Counted from the stretch's first letter, positions 1 to 14,729 are shown. The stretch is DNA of 64,000 bases from Eledone cirrhosa (GCA_964016885.1 OZ024740.1:36270001-36334000); one strand, 5' to 3'. Notes: a model not told the origin generated them from the sequence alone. Made by a program: numbers and translations.

Positions 1-117
1 TTTAAACTGTATGTTATTACTCTAAGGTTGTATACCTTTTCGAGTGCTTGGCTGCACCTCTGAATGCATTCGTCGACTTAGCTGCGGCTCGAGCTTCGAA
101 TATGCTGTTCTTCCATT

Positions 118-158
<41 letters not shown>

Positions 159-161
<3 letters not shown>

Positions 162-423
162 AAATAAGGAAAAGAATGACTTCACTTGTTCTAAACTGAG
201 CTCAGTTTGACAATCGCCACCGACAAATGCGAGAAAGCTCTCCACGAAAGTTAACCAGGAATCTTTAAAAAATCTCCCCACCGAAGTTAACAAAGAACTT
301 ACTAGATCTACAAAACTAAATCGTAAATTATATCATAAAATTAAATTGTTTAGAACAAGTGAAGTCATTCTTTTACTTTTTGCAAATATACCTAACTTAC
401 CAAGGATTTCACACATTTTCCAA
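159..423 (+). mobile_element. Short non-coding pLTR-like element with 27-bp inverted repeat, between TA and CA tracts
   Basis: aaaagaatgacttcacttgttctaaac (170-196) is inverted at 348-374. The element is homologous to the reverse complement of 13510-13790. Confidence 0.55.
203..317 (+). ncRNA. Degenerate hammerhead-like motif (UUGACAA core)
   Basis: UUGACAA, stem II UCGC/GCGA, GAA, stem III AG(C)UCU/AGA(U)CU, CUA triplet. Stem I pairing is poor. Confidence 0.35.
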
Positions 424-608
<185 letters not shown>

Positions 609-658
609 AAATAATTAAGTCAAATATTTAAAATTTGGCTACGTTTATTAAAGATGTA

Positions 659-711
659 CTGCTATATATATTTCGGAGACAGCCATCATTGGCTCTGACC
701 TCTTCAGGCAG
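659..711 (-). ncRNA. Type I hammerhead ribozyme
   Basis: CUGC-CUGAAGA-GG..AGCCA/UGGCU..CC-GAAAUAUAUAUA-GCAG, with AAUAAA just downstream. Confidence 0.75.
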
Positions 712-841
712 CAGTCCGAATTGGTGTGGTAGAGACAGGTATACATGTTGTTAAAGTGTTTTACTCCGTCAATACTCCGATATGTCCAGCTCCTGGTTGG
801 GTTGTTATTTCTCTGAGGAACTGGAATCATATGAATTCGAA

Positions 842-1208
842 CAAACGAATTTCGGCATCATAGGACACTCTCTCCCCCCATTGGTCAGTTGTGAGAACAT
901 TCCTCAGTCAAAAGTCTATAGAAATTTTTTTCTGGGGCATAACAACCTGTTGTGGTTGTTTGGTAGGATTGATGCCAACCCACACACACTAATTCTTCTA
1001 AAGACAGCAGCAGTAGAACTAAGGCTAACCTGTCAGCTAACCCTCTAACACCAATAAACACAAGGGAGGAGGTCAGCTGTACTTATCAAAAACAACCACA
1101 ACAGATTGTCTTGCCTCAGAAAAAATTTCTATAGACTTTTGACTGAGGAATGTTCTCACAACTGACCAATGGGAGGAGAGAGTGTCCTATGATGCCGAAA
1201 TTCGTTTG
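842..1208. repeat. Inverted repeat with ~120-bp arms (842-961 / 1090-1208), fold-back pLTR-like element
   Basis: caaacgaatttcggcatcataggacac...gttgtggttgttt is mirrored at 1090-1208. Confidence 0.85.
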
Positions 1209-1288
1209 CAAATTGAAGACAGCGACCGGTAATTCAGCCGCGGGGACCGTAGCAACGAAAGAACTGACTCGCGAGAAAACATACATAC

Positions 1289-1340
<52 letters not shown>

Positions 1341-1650
1341 TCACATATATATATATAATTGAACCACATTGGCATATGGTGGAAAATACATGCGTCCCTA
1401 TACGCTTTTTGCGTGTAAGGATATATACTTTATTATTATTATTCTCCTCTTAGTCGAGATGAAGTTTGGTCGTTTTGACTGCTGCTATTTATAGTGGTAG
1501 TAGACTGACCTCCCTGCCTCTGCTTCTATCTTTACACACGGTACTGGACAGAATTGCTTCCACATCATTCATTCTCATCTCGGGAACAATTTTGAATAGC
1601 GCCAGTTCGTAATTTGAAGTCGGGAATTTTATATTCTCCGAGTGAAAAGA

Positions 1651-1737
1651 ACCTTCTGGCGAGAGTTTATCTTTTCAATGGAAGACCGCGAGGACTGTCC
1701 ATTTATTTTTGAGACTCGAAACCGATTCGGTAAGGGT
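1651..1737 (+). ncRNA. Type I hammerhead, A6G core variant
   Basis: ACCUU-CUGGCGA-GAGUUU..AGACUC-GAA-ACCG(AUU)CGGU-A-AGGGU. Confidence 0.7.
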
Positions 1738-1804
1738 AACCATAGTAAGTACAGTGAATTTTTTGAAATTTATTTTGAAACTTTTTCTTATTTGCTAAAC
1801 CTTG

Positions 1805-1843
<39 letters not shown>

Positions 1844-2066
1844 AGAGTCAGGACCCCGACGGCTGAGCTCCGGCCGTTTCGACAGCTAGATCTATATATA
1901 TATATATGTTTGACCTGTTTACCTTGCTTCGTTTTTTTTTGGTTCGGTGGCTCTATAACCTATGTTTATTGTTATGGTCTTCTTTTAGTCCATTGAGCGC
2001 TTGCCGCATATCTCGAAAATTGCGTTTCGCTTTGTTTTTAACCACTGCCAAAATTCGATCATGCTG

Positions 2067-3260
<1,194 letters not shown>

Positions 3261-3374
3261 ACGCATGCATATAATCATATATATACATATCCATATATAT
3301 CTATATCCATACATACACATCTATACCCCCATATATACATATAAATATACAGATACATACACATACACACACAT

Positions 3375-3728
<354 letters not shown>

Positions 3729-3776
<48 letters not shown>

Positions 3777-4064
3777 CACACACACACACACACATACATA
3801 CATACATATATACATGTACATACATATAGACACACACACACATACATACATATATATGTACATACACATATACACATATATACATATATATACACATACA
3901 TATATACATATATATACACATACATACACACATATATATATATATATACATATACAACACACACACACACACATATACATATATACATATATATATATAT
4001 TTATATATATATATACATACACATACACACACACATATATATATACACATACATATAAACGCCC

Positions 4065-4151
<87 letters not shown>

Positions 4152-4330
4152 TATATATATATACACACATACATCACATACATACACATACATATACAAG
4201 CTTATACATATATACACATACATAAACACATATGTATATATATATATAAGTATGTATACGTACATACATATATGTATACAGACGTACAGTAGTATGTATA
4301 TATATATATACATACATGCACACATATATA
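3729..4330. repeat. Complex (TA)/(CA)/(TACA) microsatellite
   Basis: Directly visible; the ORFs here are YI/HT/VC artefacts. Confidence 0.95.
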
Positions 4331-4805
4331 TATGTACGTATGGATTCACCGAACATTTATTATAATGCTCGGTGTGTTTGTAAACAAACATCACGAATTA
4401 AGCCGTACAGTGTCTAACAACCATCGTTGCTCATTTGTTCAACACTGACAAAGGAACGCTGTACTAGTTTCAAGCTTATTAGCTATCGTCAGCAACGTAT
4501 ACCTTCCTGCCAGATGGTTGAACGTCTGAAAATATATACTTTACTTATGCATATTAACAGCTGAGCAGCCTAATTTGCATATCGAGTGAGTTAATCAGCC
4601 GGGGTACCGAAAACGATAAACAGAAAAAATGAAACGAAATTTCATTTCTTAGTACGGCTGTTACTTAAATATAAGTATGTATACGTACATACATATATGT
4701 ATACTGTACGTCTGTATACATATATGTATGTACGTATACATACTTATATTTAAGTAACAGCCGTACTAAGAGTGAGAAATGAAATTTCATTTCATTTTTC
4801 CATTC
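4245..4805 (-). mobile_element. Non-coding hammerhead-bearing element with fold-back end (hairpin 4625-4800); family of 31126-31740
   Basis: Homology to 31126-31740, internal inverted repeat, TA flanks. Confidence 0.75.
4456..4498 (-). ncRNA. Minimal type I hammerhead
   Basis: ACGUUG-CUGACGA-UAGCU(AAUA)AGCUU-GAAACUAGUA-CAGCGU. Confidence 0.8.
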
Positions 4806-5053
4806 ATATATATATACATATATATTAATATATATATATTTCGTTTCTGAATTTGTTTAGCAAGATTCTTTATCTGAAATCGTGTGTTGAAACCGATATT
4901 GTTATACTTTGGGAGGGTCATGTTGCCAATAAGAAACACACGCACCATGGCTTTCACTTCAATTTATTATATATTTATAAATTTACAAATTTTATAAATT
5001 TATAAATTTCTGGTTTGTTGGTTGGTTCCACAACCAGATAGTTGTTTATATAT

Positions 5054-5098
5054 AGTCATAGTCCTTTCGTCACACACTCTGTGACCTCTTCAGTGACT
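5054..5098 (-). ncRNA. Minimal type I hammerhead in pLTR
   Basis: AGUCA-CUGAAGA-G-GUCAC..GUGAC-GAAAGGACUA-UGACU. Confidence 0.8.
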
Positions 5099-5310
5099 GG
5101 GGATTCCTTTCTTTGCCTCCGTGCCTCTCCTTTGTTCTGTCCTACGCCATTTTGTTTCTGTGTGTGTGTTGTGTGCTCAGTTTGCGCATGCGCCACATCC
5201 GGGTGTCTGTGTGTGTTTATGTTCATTTATCTATTTGTTTATTTATTTATTTATTTACATGTTATTGGTTGGTTGTTTGTTCTATGTGTGTGTGTGTTTT
5301 CATTTTGTCC

Positions 5311-8300
5311 TTAATTGTAAGTTGTGATGTTGCTGTTCCACTCATATTTTCTATTTAATTTTGGTTGTAATTCTTTTATGTTTATTGCCTCTGTAATTTG
5401 TCTAAACATTGCATCTTTTCTGTGTGTAGATTCTATTTTTATTTCTATGTTCTCTAATTTACCCTTGTGTTCTATCTTAGCATGTTGGTAGAGTACAGAT
5501 GATTCTTTATTATCTTGAAGGTCTCGCCAGTGTTCATTTATCCGTTCCCCTATACTACGAGCTGTCTCACCTATGTACACTATATTTTTGTTTCTACATT
5601 GTCCTTCAGTACATCTTATGCTATACACTACATTTCTAGTTTTACAGTTAATATGGGGGCTTATTTTACAGGTTATACATTTCTTATCTATACATGAGGG
5701 TCTTTGGAAAGGGTAAGTCTTGCTAATAAGTGTTTTTACGGAGGTACCTGGTCTTTCTACTATCTTAATATTGAGTTTATGTTTATTTAGGGCCTTTCTA
5801 AATTTGTAGGCTAGTTCGCTTCTAGGGGTTGTATCGATGAACATTACACTCTGGTATTTATTGCTATCATACCATGAGTTTATTCTATTAGCCTTGTTCC
5901 TAGTTCTTTCTATTCTATTCCAAAATTTGCTCCTATACAAGGGGCAGGTCCCATTTGTGTCATTATTTACCATTTTTTCCCATTTGGTTCTGGCTCCTCT
6001 ATACACTCTGATTTTATCTCTCTGATTGTAGCCAGAGAACTGCATACGGTGGATGAAGTGTTGTATGTGTCTCTCTAGTTCTTCGGGGTTGCACATGCGG
6101 GACACATTTCTCATCACCCGTACCAAATCCGCAATCAGTATGTTGATTTTGGTATGGTCCGAAATGGCCGAGTTTCGGTGGATCAGATGTTTGGAAGTCA
6201 TGGGTTTGGCATAATGGGAATGGAGGATTTGTTTTTGGTTGTTAATGGTATCTAACCAGAGCTCTGTCTCTAGTACAAGTAATCGATGGTTGGGGTGTCT
6301 ACTTGGGTAGTCTATAGTAACTCTAATGCTCTGGTGGATGGAGTTTGCTATTTGCTGGATGCTTTCCATTGTGTTTTTCTCTAGTTCCTGACTGTTCTCT
6401 AGTGGGGCTGTCTTAACTACGATGTTTATATCATCTACGTAGCGGGAGTACATTATCAGGGTTAAGCTGTCTTCTAATTGTTCTTTAAGTTTAAGTTTAA
6501 GTCTACTGTCCCACCATACCATGAATAAGTTAGCTATGTCGCCTGCAATGCTAACACCATTGACTGCTCCTTCCTCTTGGGCATATGTTTTTCCATTAAA
6601 TTTGAACATATGTTCCTTAAGGGTTAGTTTTATGCTGGCCCCTACCGCATGTGCAATCATTTTCTTCAGTTTATCGTGGTTTTCGGGTGTCCGTATGGCT
6701 CTGGTCCACCCGTTCCATCTATCTGTGTGGGTTTTCTTGGCCATTGAGGTAATGGTAGGTGGTCTGCCTCTTGCTGGTCTTGTAGGGCACAGGTTGCTAA
6801 GGTCATATGTGTCTAGGTAACTATTACTATAGGTAAGCTTAAGTAGAAGTCCCAGCTCACTGGTATCAATCCCACGTAACTCAACCTTGCTCTCGCTGAT
6901 CATTTCTACGCATTTCTCCACAGCAAAATCCACGTCAATAGATGGATACAGGGACACAACATCCATACTGCCTATTATGCAGTTTTAGGTCCCCAGATCG
7001 GTTACTCACGCCGATTCTGCTGAGGAGGTCCTCCGTGCTGTCACATACATCTGGGGACACTTCAATGATGGGGCGTATGATCAGGGAGAGGAAGTAGGAC
7101 AGTCTGTAGTTACTAGCAATGTTAGCTCCACAGACTGGCCGTGTTGGTGGTCCCGCGACAGGGTCACAGCCCGTTTTATGGTTTTTTCGAAGCCCATACA
7201 ACGCCGGCACGTCATTGTTCCAGGCCTGGAAGTTGTTGGCAGTCCTTTTGTTGGGCTGCATTATATTCGTCCACATCACCATATGGGCATTGAGGGCTTT
7301 TTCTCTATCCTCATTCTCCTGTGGTATTACCTCTCTTGTGTTAGTGATGTGGGGTTGCATTGCCTGGATGTAGTTTGGCAGGCTGTCAACCGACATTCTG
7401 CCAGACTTGTCTGTTGGAAAGCATGCTATCTCTCCATTACGTAAGCGCTGCATGAGCTTACGCAAGCCATTTGCAGATTTTTCTCCCAGTTGCTGGGCCT
7501 CCATTCTATTATGCTTCTTGCTATACTGTTCTATAATATTTCTAAGTTCGGATCTAGCTATACTAAATTGTGTTTCTGTTTGTTCATCGACCTGCGACGG
7601 CAGTTGCGTGCGTTTGTTAAATGGTAAAGTCGTGGCGTGGACTCGTCGCAGGTCGAATGATTTATCGGAGGGATTATAAAACGGAGAGTTCCAGGCTGCG
7701 GCTTTATGTGTGCTAGTGCTATTGTTATAGTTAGTTGTGTTGTTTCTATTTCTATTTCCACCAACAGCCTCATGGTTGTTTCTATGTCTCTCATAATTAC
7801 TCCTGTCTTTTTCCACTGGCTCATTGTTGTTATCTACCCTATTTTGTGTGTCTGTGTGTTCGTCTTGGTTATTCTCTTTGTCCTTAGTCTCCCTTCTCCT
7901 TTTAATCCTATTACTTTCCCTTATTTCTGTGGTTTCTGTGCTACGGTCATTACTTGTTTTCTGTGTCTGTGTGTTTGTTAAGATTGTGGTGGTGGTGAGA
8001 GGCATTGAATGCGTGTGTGTTGTTGTTGTTGATGTGTGCTGTTGTTGATGTGTGTTGTTGTTGTCTCCGTGTGTGTTATTGTTGTTGTGTGTGTTGTTAT
8101 TGTTGTTTGTGTCTGTGTGTCTGTTGTTGTTTCTGGGTATGTCGTTATTGTTGTTGTTGTTGATGTGTGTGTTGTTGTTATTGTTGTTTGTGTCTGTGTG
8201 TCTGTTGTTGTTGGGATGTGTGTTGTATATGTGTGTGCGTATATTGTTGCTTTTGTTTTTGTTTTTGTTTTTGATGCGCCAGCGTAGTTTTGTAAATGGT

Positions 8301-9005
8301 TTTTCTATTTCTGACAGATAACTAATCATATTTACCTTCTTGAATGTCGCAAATTTCGGGGGTAAACACAACACAGACATTTCGTCATTATCTATTCTTG
8401 CGTTCCCATATATATATTGGTGTTTTCGTTGTTGAACTCTTCTGTTAATGAGGTGTCGGCCATGTTTATACCGTCGATTTTGTCGGGATATCTATTGGTA
8501 TTCTCTATAGTATCCTGATTTAGCTTTATCTGTTTAAGCCACTTTAGTTTCCTGTTAAAGTGCTTATCACATTCTTGAGTAATGTACTGTTCTTCAGGGC
8601 GTATAAGGCTTATAAATATTAGTTTCTCTCTTGGTGTGGTGATCCTAGCTATTTCTTGTATTAGGTTACGCTTTTGTTTTTATTGATGACTTAATACTCA
8701 ATAGATCTTCTTTTTATGTTTAGAATTAATGTTCGTTTTAGCCTATCTGCTTGTTTTTTGGTGAGTTGTAATCTGCTAACGTCGGTATTGATGGTGTTGG
8801 TGTAGATTCTGGATGAGGCACACTGCTTTATGAAGTATAGTTGTCGAGATGTTATGGTTTTTCGTAGACAACAGAACATGGTGGTTTTCAGTATCTTGTT
8901 AGCCTGGCTAAGGCTTACGATATTTCGTTTCTGAATTTGTTTAGCAAGATTCTTTATCTGAAATCGTGTGTTGAAACCGATATTGTTATACTTTGGGAGT
9001 GTCAT
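5311..9005 (-). pseudogene. PLE RT/GIY-YIG polyprotein, full-length copy A with frameshifts and stops (Nematis-like, tentative)
   Basis: ORF pieces 8691-9041, 6935-8380 (PTDKSG, LYGLRKxHK, PTRPV) and 5311-6966 (DVVSLYPSI, RYVDD, Cys linker, YIGET). There is a 2-bp deletion near 6985 relative to copy B. Confidence 0.9.
7985..8270 (-). repeat. (AAC)/(AC)-rich low-complexity tract encoding an N/T/H-rich segment of the PLE N-terminus
   Basis: NNNRHTDTNNNNNTH repeats are in frame in ORF 6935-8380. Confidence 0.8.
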
Positions 9006-9136
9006 GTTGCCAATAAGAAACACACGCACCAGTTGTTTCACTTCAATTTATTATATATTTATAAATTTACAAATTTATAAATTTATAAATTTCTGGTTGG
9101 TTGGTTGGTTCCACAACCAGATAGTTGTTTATATAT

Positions 9137-9181
9137 AGTCATAGTCCTTTCGTCACACACTCTGTGACCTCTTCAGTGACT
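9137..9181 (-). ncRNA. Minimal type I hammerhead in pLTR
   Basis: Identical to 5054-5098. Confidence 0.8.
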
Positions 9182-9393
9182 GGGGATTCCTTTCTTTGTC
9201 TCCGTGCCTCTCCTTTGTTCTGTCCTACGCCATTTTGTTTCTGTGTGTGTGTTGTGTGCTCAGTTTGCGCATGCGCCACATCTGGGTGTCTGTGTGTGTT
9301 TATGTTCATTTATCTATTTGTTTATTTATTTATTTATTTACATGTTATTGGTTGGTTGTTTGTTCTATGTGTGTGTGTGTTTTCATTTTGTCC

Positions 9394-11550
9394 TTAATTG
9401 TAAGTTGTGATATTGCTGTTCCACTCATATTTTCTATTTAATTTTGGTTGTAATTCTTTTATGTTTATTGCCTCTGTAATTTGTCTAAACATTGCATCTT
9501 TTCTGTGTGTAGATTCTATTTTTATTTCTATGTTCTCTAATTTACCCTTGTGTTCTATCTTAGCATGTTGGTAGAGTACAGATGATTCTTTATTATCTTG
9601 AAGGTCTCGCCAGTGTTCATTTATCCGTTCCCCTATACTACGAGCTGTCTCACCTATGTACACTATATTTTTGTTTCTACATTGTCCTTCAGTACATCTT
9701 ATGCTATACACTACATTTCTAGTTTTACAGTTAATATGGGGGCTTATTTTACAGGTTATACATTTCTTATCTATACATGAGGGTCTTTGGAAAGGGTAAG
9801 TCTTGCTAATAAGTGTTTTTACGGAGGTACCTGGTCTTTCTACTATCTTAATATTGAGTTTATGTTTATTTAGGGCCTTTCTAAATTTGTAGGCTAGTTC
9901 GCTTCTAGGGGTTGTATCGATGAACATTACACTCTGGTATTTATTGCTATCATACCATGAGTTTATTCTATTAGCCTTGTTCCTAGTTCTTTCTATTCTA
10001 TTCCAAAATTTGCTCCTATACAAGGGGCAGGTCCCATTTGTGTCATTATTTACCATTTTTTCCCATTTGGTTCTGGCTCCTCTATACACTCTGATTTTAT
10101 CTCTCTGATTGTAGCCAGAGAACTGCATACGGTGGATGAAGTGTTGTATGTGTCTCTCTAGTTCTTCGGGGTTGCACATGCGGGACACATTTCTCATCAC
10201 CCGTACCAAATCCGCAATCAGTATGTTGATTTTGGTATGGTCCGAAATGGCCGAGTTTCGGTGGATCAGATGTTTGGAAGTCATGGGTTTGGCATAATGG
10301 GAATGGAGGATTTGTTTTTGGTTGTTAATGGTATCTAACCAGAGCTCTGTCTCTAGTACAAGTAATCGATGGTTGGGGTGTCTACTTGGGTAGTCTATAG
10401 TAACTCTAATGCTCTGGTGGATGGAGTTTGCTATTTGCTGGATGCTTTCCATTGTGTTTTTCTCTAGTTCCTGACTGTTCTCTAGTGGGGCTGTCTTAAC
10501 TACGATGTTTATATCATCTACGTAGCGGGAGTACATTATCAGGGTTAAGCTGTCTTCTAATTGTTCTTTAAGTTTAAGTTTAAGTCTACTGTCCCACCAT
10601 ACCATGAATAAGTTAGCTACGTCGCCTGCACTGCTAACACCATTGACTGCTCCTTCCTCTTGGGCATATGTTTTTCCATTAAATTTGAACATATGTTCCT
10701 TAAGGGTTAGTTTTATGCTGGCCCCTACCGCATGTGCAATCATTTTCTTCAGTTCATCGTGGTTTTCGGGTGTCCGTATGGCTCTGGTCCACCCGTTCCA
10801 TCTATCTGTGTGGGTTTTCTTGGCCATTGAGGTAATGGTAGGTGGTCTGCCTCTTGCTGGTCTTGTAGGGCACAGGTTGCTAAGGTCATATGTGTCTAGG
10901 TAACTATTACTATAGGTAAGCTTAAGTAGAAGTCCCAGCTCACTGGTATCAATCCCACGGAACTCAACCTTGCTCTCGCTGATCATTTCTACGCATTTCT
11001 CCACAGCAAAATCCACGTCAATAGATGGATACAGGGACACAACATCCATACTCTCTATTATGCAGTTTGTTAGGTCCCCAGATCGGTTACTCACGCCGAT
11101 TCTGCTGAGGAGGTCTTCCGTGCTGTCACATACATCTGGGGACACTTCAATGATGGGGCGTATGATCAGGGAGAGGAAGTAGGACAGTCTGTAGTTACTA
11201 GCAATGTTAGCTCCACAGACTGGCCGTGTTGGTGGACCCGCGACAGGGTCACAGCCCGTTTTATGGTCTTTTCGAAGCCCATACAACGCCGGCACGTCAT
11301 TGTTCCAGGCCTGGAAGTTGTTGGCAGTCCTTTTGTTGGGCTGCATTATATTCGTCCACATCACCATATGGGCATTGAGGGCTTTTTCTCTATACTCATG
11401 CTCCTGTGGTGTTACCTCTCTTGTGTTAGTGATGTGTGGTTGCATTGCCTGGATGTAGTTTGGCAGGCTGTCAACCGACATTCTGCCAGACATGTTTGTT
11501 GGAAAGCATGCTATCTCTGCATTACGTGAGCGCTGCATGAGCTTACACAA
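9394..11550 (-). CDS. PLE reverse transcriptase + GIY-YIG endonuclease, 5'-truncated copy B with open RT-EN frame
   Basis: 718-aa ORF with all RT motifs and a C-terminal GIY-YIG domain. Confidence 0.9.
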   Translation of the reverse strand: MCKLMQRSRNAEIACFPTNMSGRMSVDSLPNYIQAMQPHITNTREVTPQEHEYREKALNAHMVMWTNIMQPNKRTANNFQAWNNDVPALYGLRKDHKTGCDPVAGPPTRPVCGANIASNYRLSYFLSLIIRPIIEVSPDVCDSTEDLLSRIGVSNRSGDLTNCIIESMDVVSLYPSIDVDFAVEKCVEMISESKVEFRGIDTSELGLLLKLTYSNSYLDTYDLSNLCPTRPARGRPPTITSMAKKTHTDRWNGWTRAIRTPENHDELKKMIAHAVGASIKLTLKEHMFKFNGKTYAQEEGAVNGVSSAGDVANLFMVWWDSRLKLKLKEQLEDSLTLIMYSRYVDDINIVVKTAPLENSQELEKNTMESIQQIANSIHQSIRVTIDYPSRHPNHRLLVLETELWLDTINNQKQILHSHYAKPMTSKHLIHRNSAISDHTKINILIADLVRVMRNVSRMCNPEELERHIQHFIHRMQFSGYNQRDKIRVYRGARTKWEKMVNNDTNGTCPLYRSKFWNRIERTRNKANRINSWYDSNKYQSVMFIDTTPRSELAYKFRKALNKHKLNIKIVERPGTSVKTLISKTYPFQRPSCIDKKCITCKISPHINCKTRNVVYSIRCTEGQCRNKNIVYIGETARSIGERINEHWRDLQDNKESSVLYQHAKIEHKGKLENIEIKIESTHRKDAMFRQITEAINIKELQPKLNRKYEWNSNITTYN

Positions 11551-11717
11551 GCCATTTGCAGATTTTTCTCCCAGTTGCGGGCCTCCATTCTATTATGCTT
11601 CTTGCTGTACTGTTCTATAATATTTCTAAGTTCGGATCTATCTATACTAAATTGTGCTTCTGTTTGTTCATCGACCTGCGACGGCAGTTGCGTGCGTTTG
11701 TTAAATGGTAAAGTCGT

Positions 11718-12864
11718 GATAATGTACTCCCGCTACGTAGATGATATAAACATCGTAGTTAAGACAGCCCCACTAGAGAACAGTCAGGAACTAGAGAAAA
11801 ACACAATGGAAAGCATCCAGCAAATAGCAAACTCCATCCACCAGAGCATTAGAGTTACTATAGACTACCCAAGTAGACACCCCAACCATCGATTAGCTGT
11901 ACTAGACACAGAGCTCTGGTTAGATACCATTAACAACCAAAAACAAATCCTCCATTCCCATTATGCCAAACCCATGACTTCCAAACATCTGATCCACCGA
12001 AACTCGGCCATTTCGGACCATACCAAAATCAACATACTGATTGCGGATTTGGTACGGGTGATGAGAAATGTGTCCCGCATGTGCAACCCCGAAGAACTAG
12101 AGAGACACATACAACACTTCATCCACCGTATGCAGTTCTCTGGCTACAATCAGAGAGATAGAATCAGAGTGTATAGAGGAGCCAGAACCAAATGGAAAAA
12201 AATGGTAAATAATGACATAAATGGGACCTGCCCCTTGTATAGGAGCAAATTTTGGAATAGAATAGAAAGAACTAGGAACAAGACTAATAGTATAAAATCA
12301 TGGTATGATAGCAATAAATACCAGAGTGTAATGTTCATCGATACAACCCCTAGAGGCGAACTAGCCTACAAATTTAGAAGGGCCCTAAATAAACATAAAC
12401 TCAATATTAAGATAGTAGAAAGACCAGGTACCTCCGTAAAAACACTTATTAGCAAGACATACCCATTCCAAAGACACTCATGTATAGATAAGAAATGTAT
12501 AACCTGTAAAATAAGCCCCCATATTAACTGTAAAACTAGAAATGAAATGTATAGCATAAGATGTACTGAAGGACAATGTAGAAACAAAAATATAGTGTAC
12601 ATAGGTGAGACAGCTCGTAGTATAGGGGAACGGATAAATGAACACTGGCGAGACCTTCAAGATAATAAAGAATCATCTGTACTCTACCAACATGCTAAGA
12701 TAGAACACAAGGGTAGATTAGATAACATAGAAATAAAAATAGAATATACACACAGAAAAGATGCAATGTTTAGACAAATTACAGAGGCAATAAATATAAA
12801 AGAATTACAACCAAAATTAAATAGAAAATATGAGTGGAACAGCAACATCACAACTTACAATTAA
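11718..12864 (+). pseudogene. Inverted 5'-truncated PLE copy C (RT motif C to endonuclease)
   Basis: Begins IMYSRYVDD at the inversion junction; ORF 11575-12864 is a chimeric read-through. Confidence 0.9.
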
Positions 12865-13244
12865 GGACAAGATAGAACACAAGGGTAAATTAGAGAACAT
12901 AGAAATAAAAATAGAATCTACACACAGAAAAGATGCAATGTTTAGACAAATCACAGAGACAATAAACATAAAAGAATTACAACCAAAATTAAATAGAAAA
13001 TATGAGTGGAACAGCAACATCACCACTTACAATTAAGGACAAAATGAAAACACACACACACATAGAACAAACAACCAACCAATAACATGTAAATAAATAA
13101 ATAAACAAATAGATAAATGAACATAAACACACACAGACACCCGGATGTGGCGCATGCGCAAACTGAGCACACAACACACACACAGAAACAAAATGGCGTA
13201 GGACAGAACAAAGGAGAGGCACGGAGACAAAGAAAGGAATCCCC

Positions 13245-13289
13245 AGTCACTGAAGAGGTCACAGAGTGTGTGACGAAAGGACTATGACT
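13245..13289 (+). ncRNA. Minimal type I hammerhead in pLTR
   Basis: agtca ctgaaga g gtcac agagtgt gtgac gaaa gga cta tgact. Confidence 0.8.
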
Positions 13290-13439
13290 ATATATAAACA
13301 ACTATCTGGTTGTGGAACCAACCAACCAACCAGAAATTTATAAATTTATAAATTTGTAAATTTATAAATATATAATAAATTGAAGTGAAAGCAACTGGCG
13401 CGTGTGTTTATTATTGGCAACATGACCCTCCCAAAGTAT

Positions 13440-13515
<76 letters not shown>

Positions 13516-13694
13516 ACATGTGTGTAATCCTTAGTACAGTTAGGTATATTAAGACAGGGGGGAAGAAAAAAATGGCTTCACTTGTGCTTTCAACAAATTT
13601 ATTTTCTTAACAAAATCCAAAAATAATTTTTTTCCGGATTAGAAAAAATTTTTTTTCTTTAAAAAAAATTTTATAAATTGAGTCGTTGGTTGTT

Positions 13695-13785
13695 GGTTAG
13701 GTCTTACGAGTTCTTGGTTAACGTAGGAGGTATTGTTTCGTTTTTAGAAAGACCTTTCACGCTGAGCTGCGCTTGTCAAACTGAT
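13695..13785 (-). ncRNA. Degenerate hammerhead-like motif (UUGACAA core)
   Basis: UUGACAA-GCGC/GCGU-GAA-AGGUCUU..AAGACCU-A. Stem I is only ~2 bp; stems II and III covary with the 203-317 copy. Confidence 0.4.
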
Positions 13786-14179
13786 GTGTATGTGGTGTGT
13801 TGTTCTATATATAGGGATTTAACATGTTTGTGGTGCGGTGGGTTTTTTTTTCTCCCCCTTTAATAAGTGTAGGGGTGTAGGTGTGTTGAAAAAATGTTAA
13901 TAGCAGTAATGAGTTGAGACAGTGAGTAGGGTTGGGTGGGGAGAAATGTAGCAAGCGCTGCCTGCCCCGGTCATTCTCGAAAAATTCCTTTATTCAGGGG
14001 AAAAAGCTTTTAGTATTCCTTTGTATCGAAAATGGTCATAGGCAAACCGCACCTGCCAAGCTTGTAAACAATTATTTTTTTCTGAAGAACTTTTCTACGT
14101 CCATCCCAAAATTAGTCCTTTGTTCAACACACACATATGTGCATATATACGTACATACACACACGGGCATATTCTAGGA

Positions 14180-14551
14180 ATATATAGGCACACACCATCA
14201 ATCACACACCCATGTACATATACATCCACACACATACATAAAAACATATAAAGACACATATAAAAACACATATACACATACGTACACACACGAATATGTA
14301 CTCATACCTCCACATGGGTATATATATATATATATATACATACATATACATATATATACACACATAAAGATACATAACTAAATATACATATATACACATA
14401 CACACACACATACACACACACACACGCACACGTGTACACACACACGCACACACACACACACATATACATATGTCCGTATATATACATCCGTTCACACATA
14501 CATGCATACACACACACATACACACACATATATATATATATATAGAGGCAT

Positions 14552-14582
<31 letters not shown>

Positions 14583-14729
14583 CACATAAACACATACAGA
14601 CACATACACACATATACATATATATACACATATATATATATTTATATATATATACATATATATATATATATACACATACACATACACATACAAACACATA
14701 CATACACACATACATATATACACATACAT

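Larger units (their letters stand above)
4840..13445. mobile_element. Penelope-like element locus: two tandem minus-strand copies plus an inverted plus-strand partial copy, with pLTRs, inserted in (TA)n
   Basis: 4840-7640 is repeated at 8923-11718, with an inverted copy at 11718-13445. RT motif RYVDD and GIY-YIG motif VVY..YIGET are present. Confidence 0.95.

Noticed and set aside
1205-1280. UUGAAGA..GAAAG..CUC hammerhead-like string
   Set aside because: Stem I and the base of stem II do not pair convincingly.
11575-11717. Apparent signal-peptide N-terminus on the 429-aa ORF
   Set aside because: It is antisense sequence of copy B read through the inversion junction.
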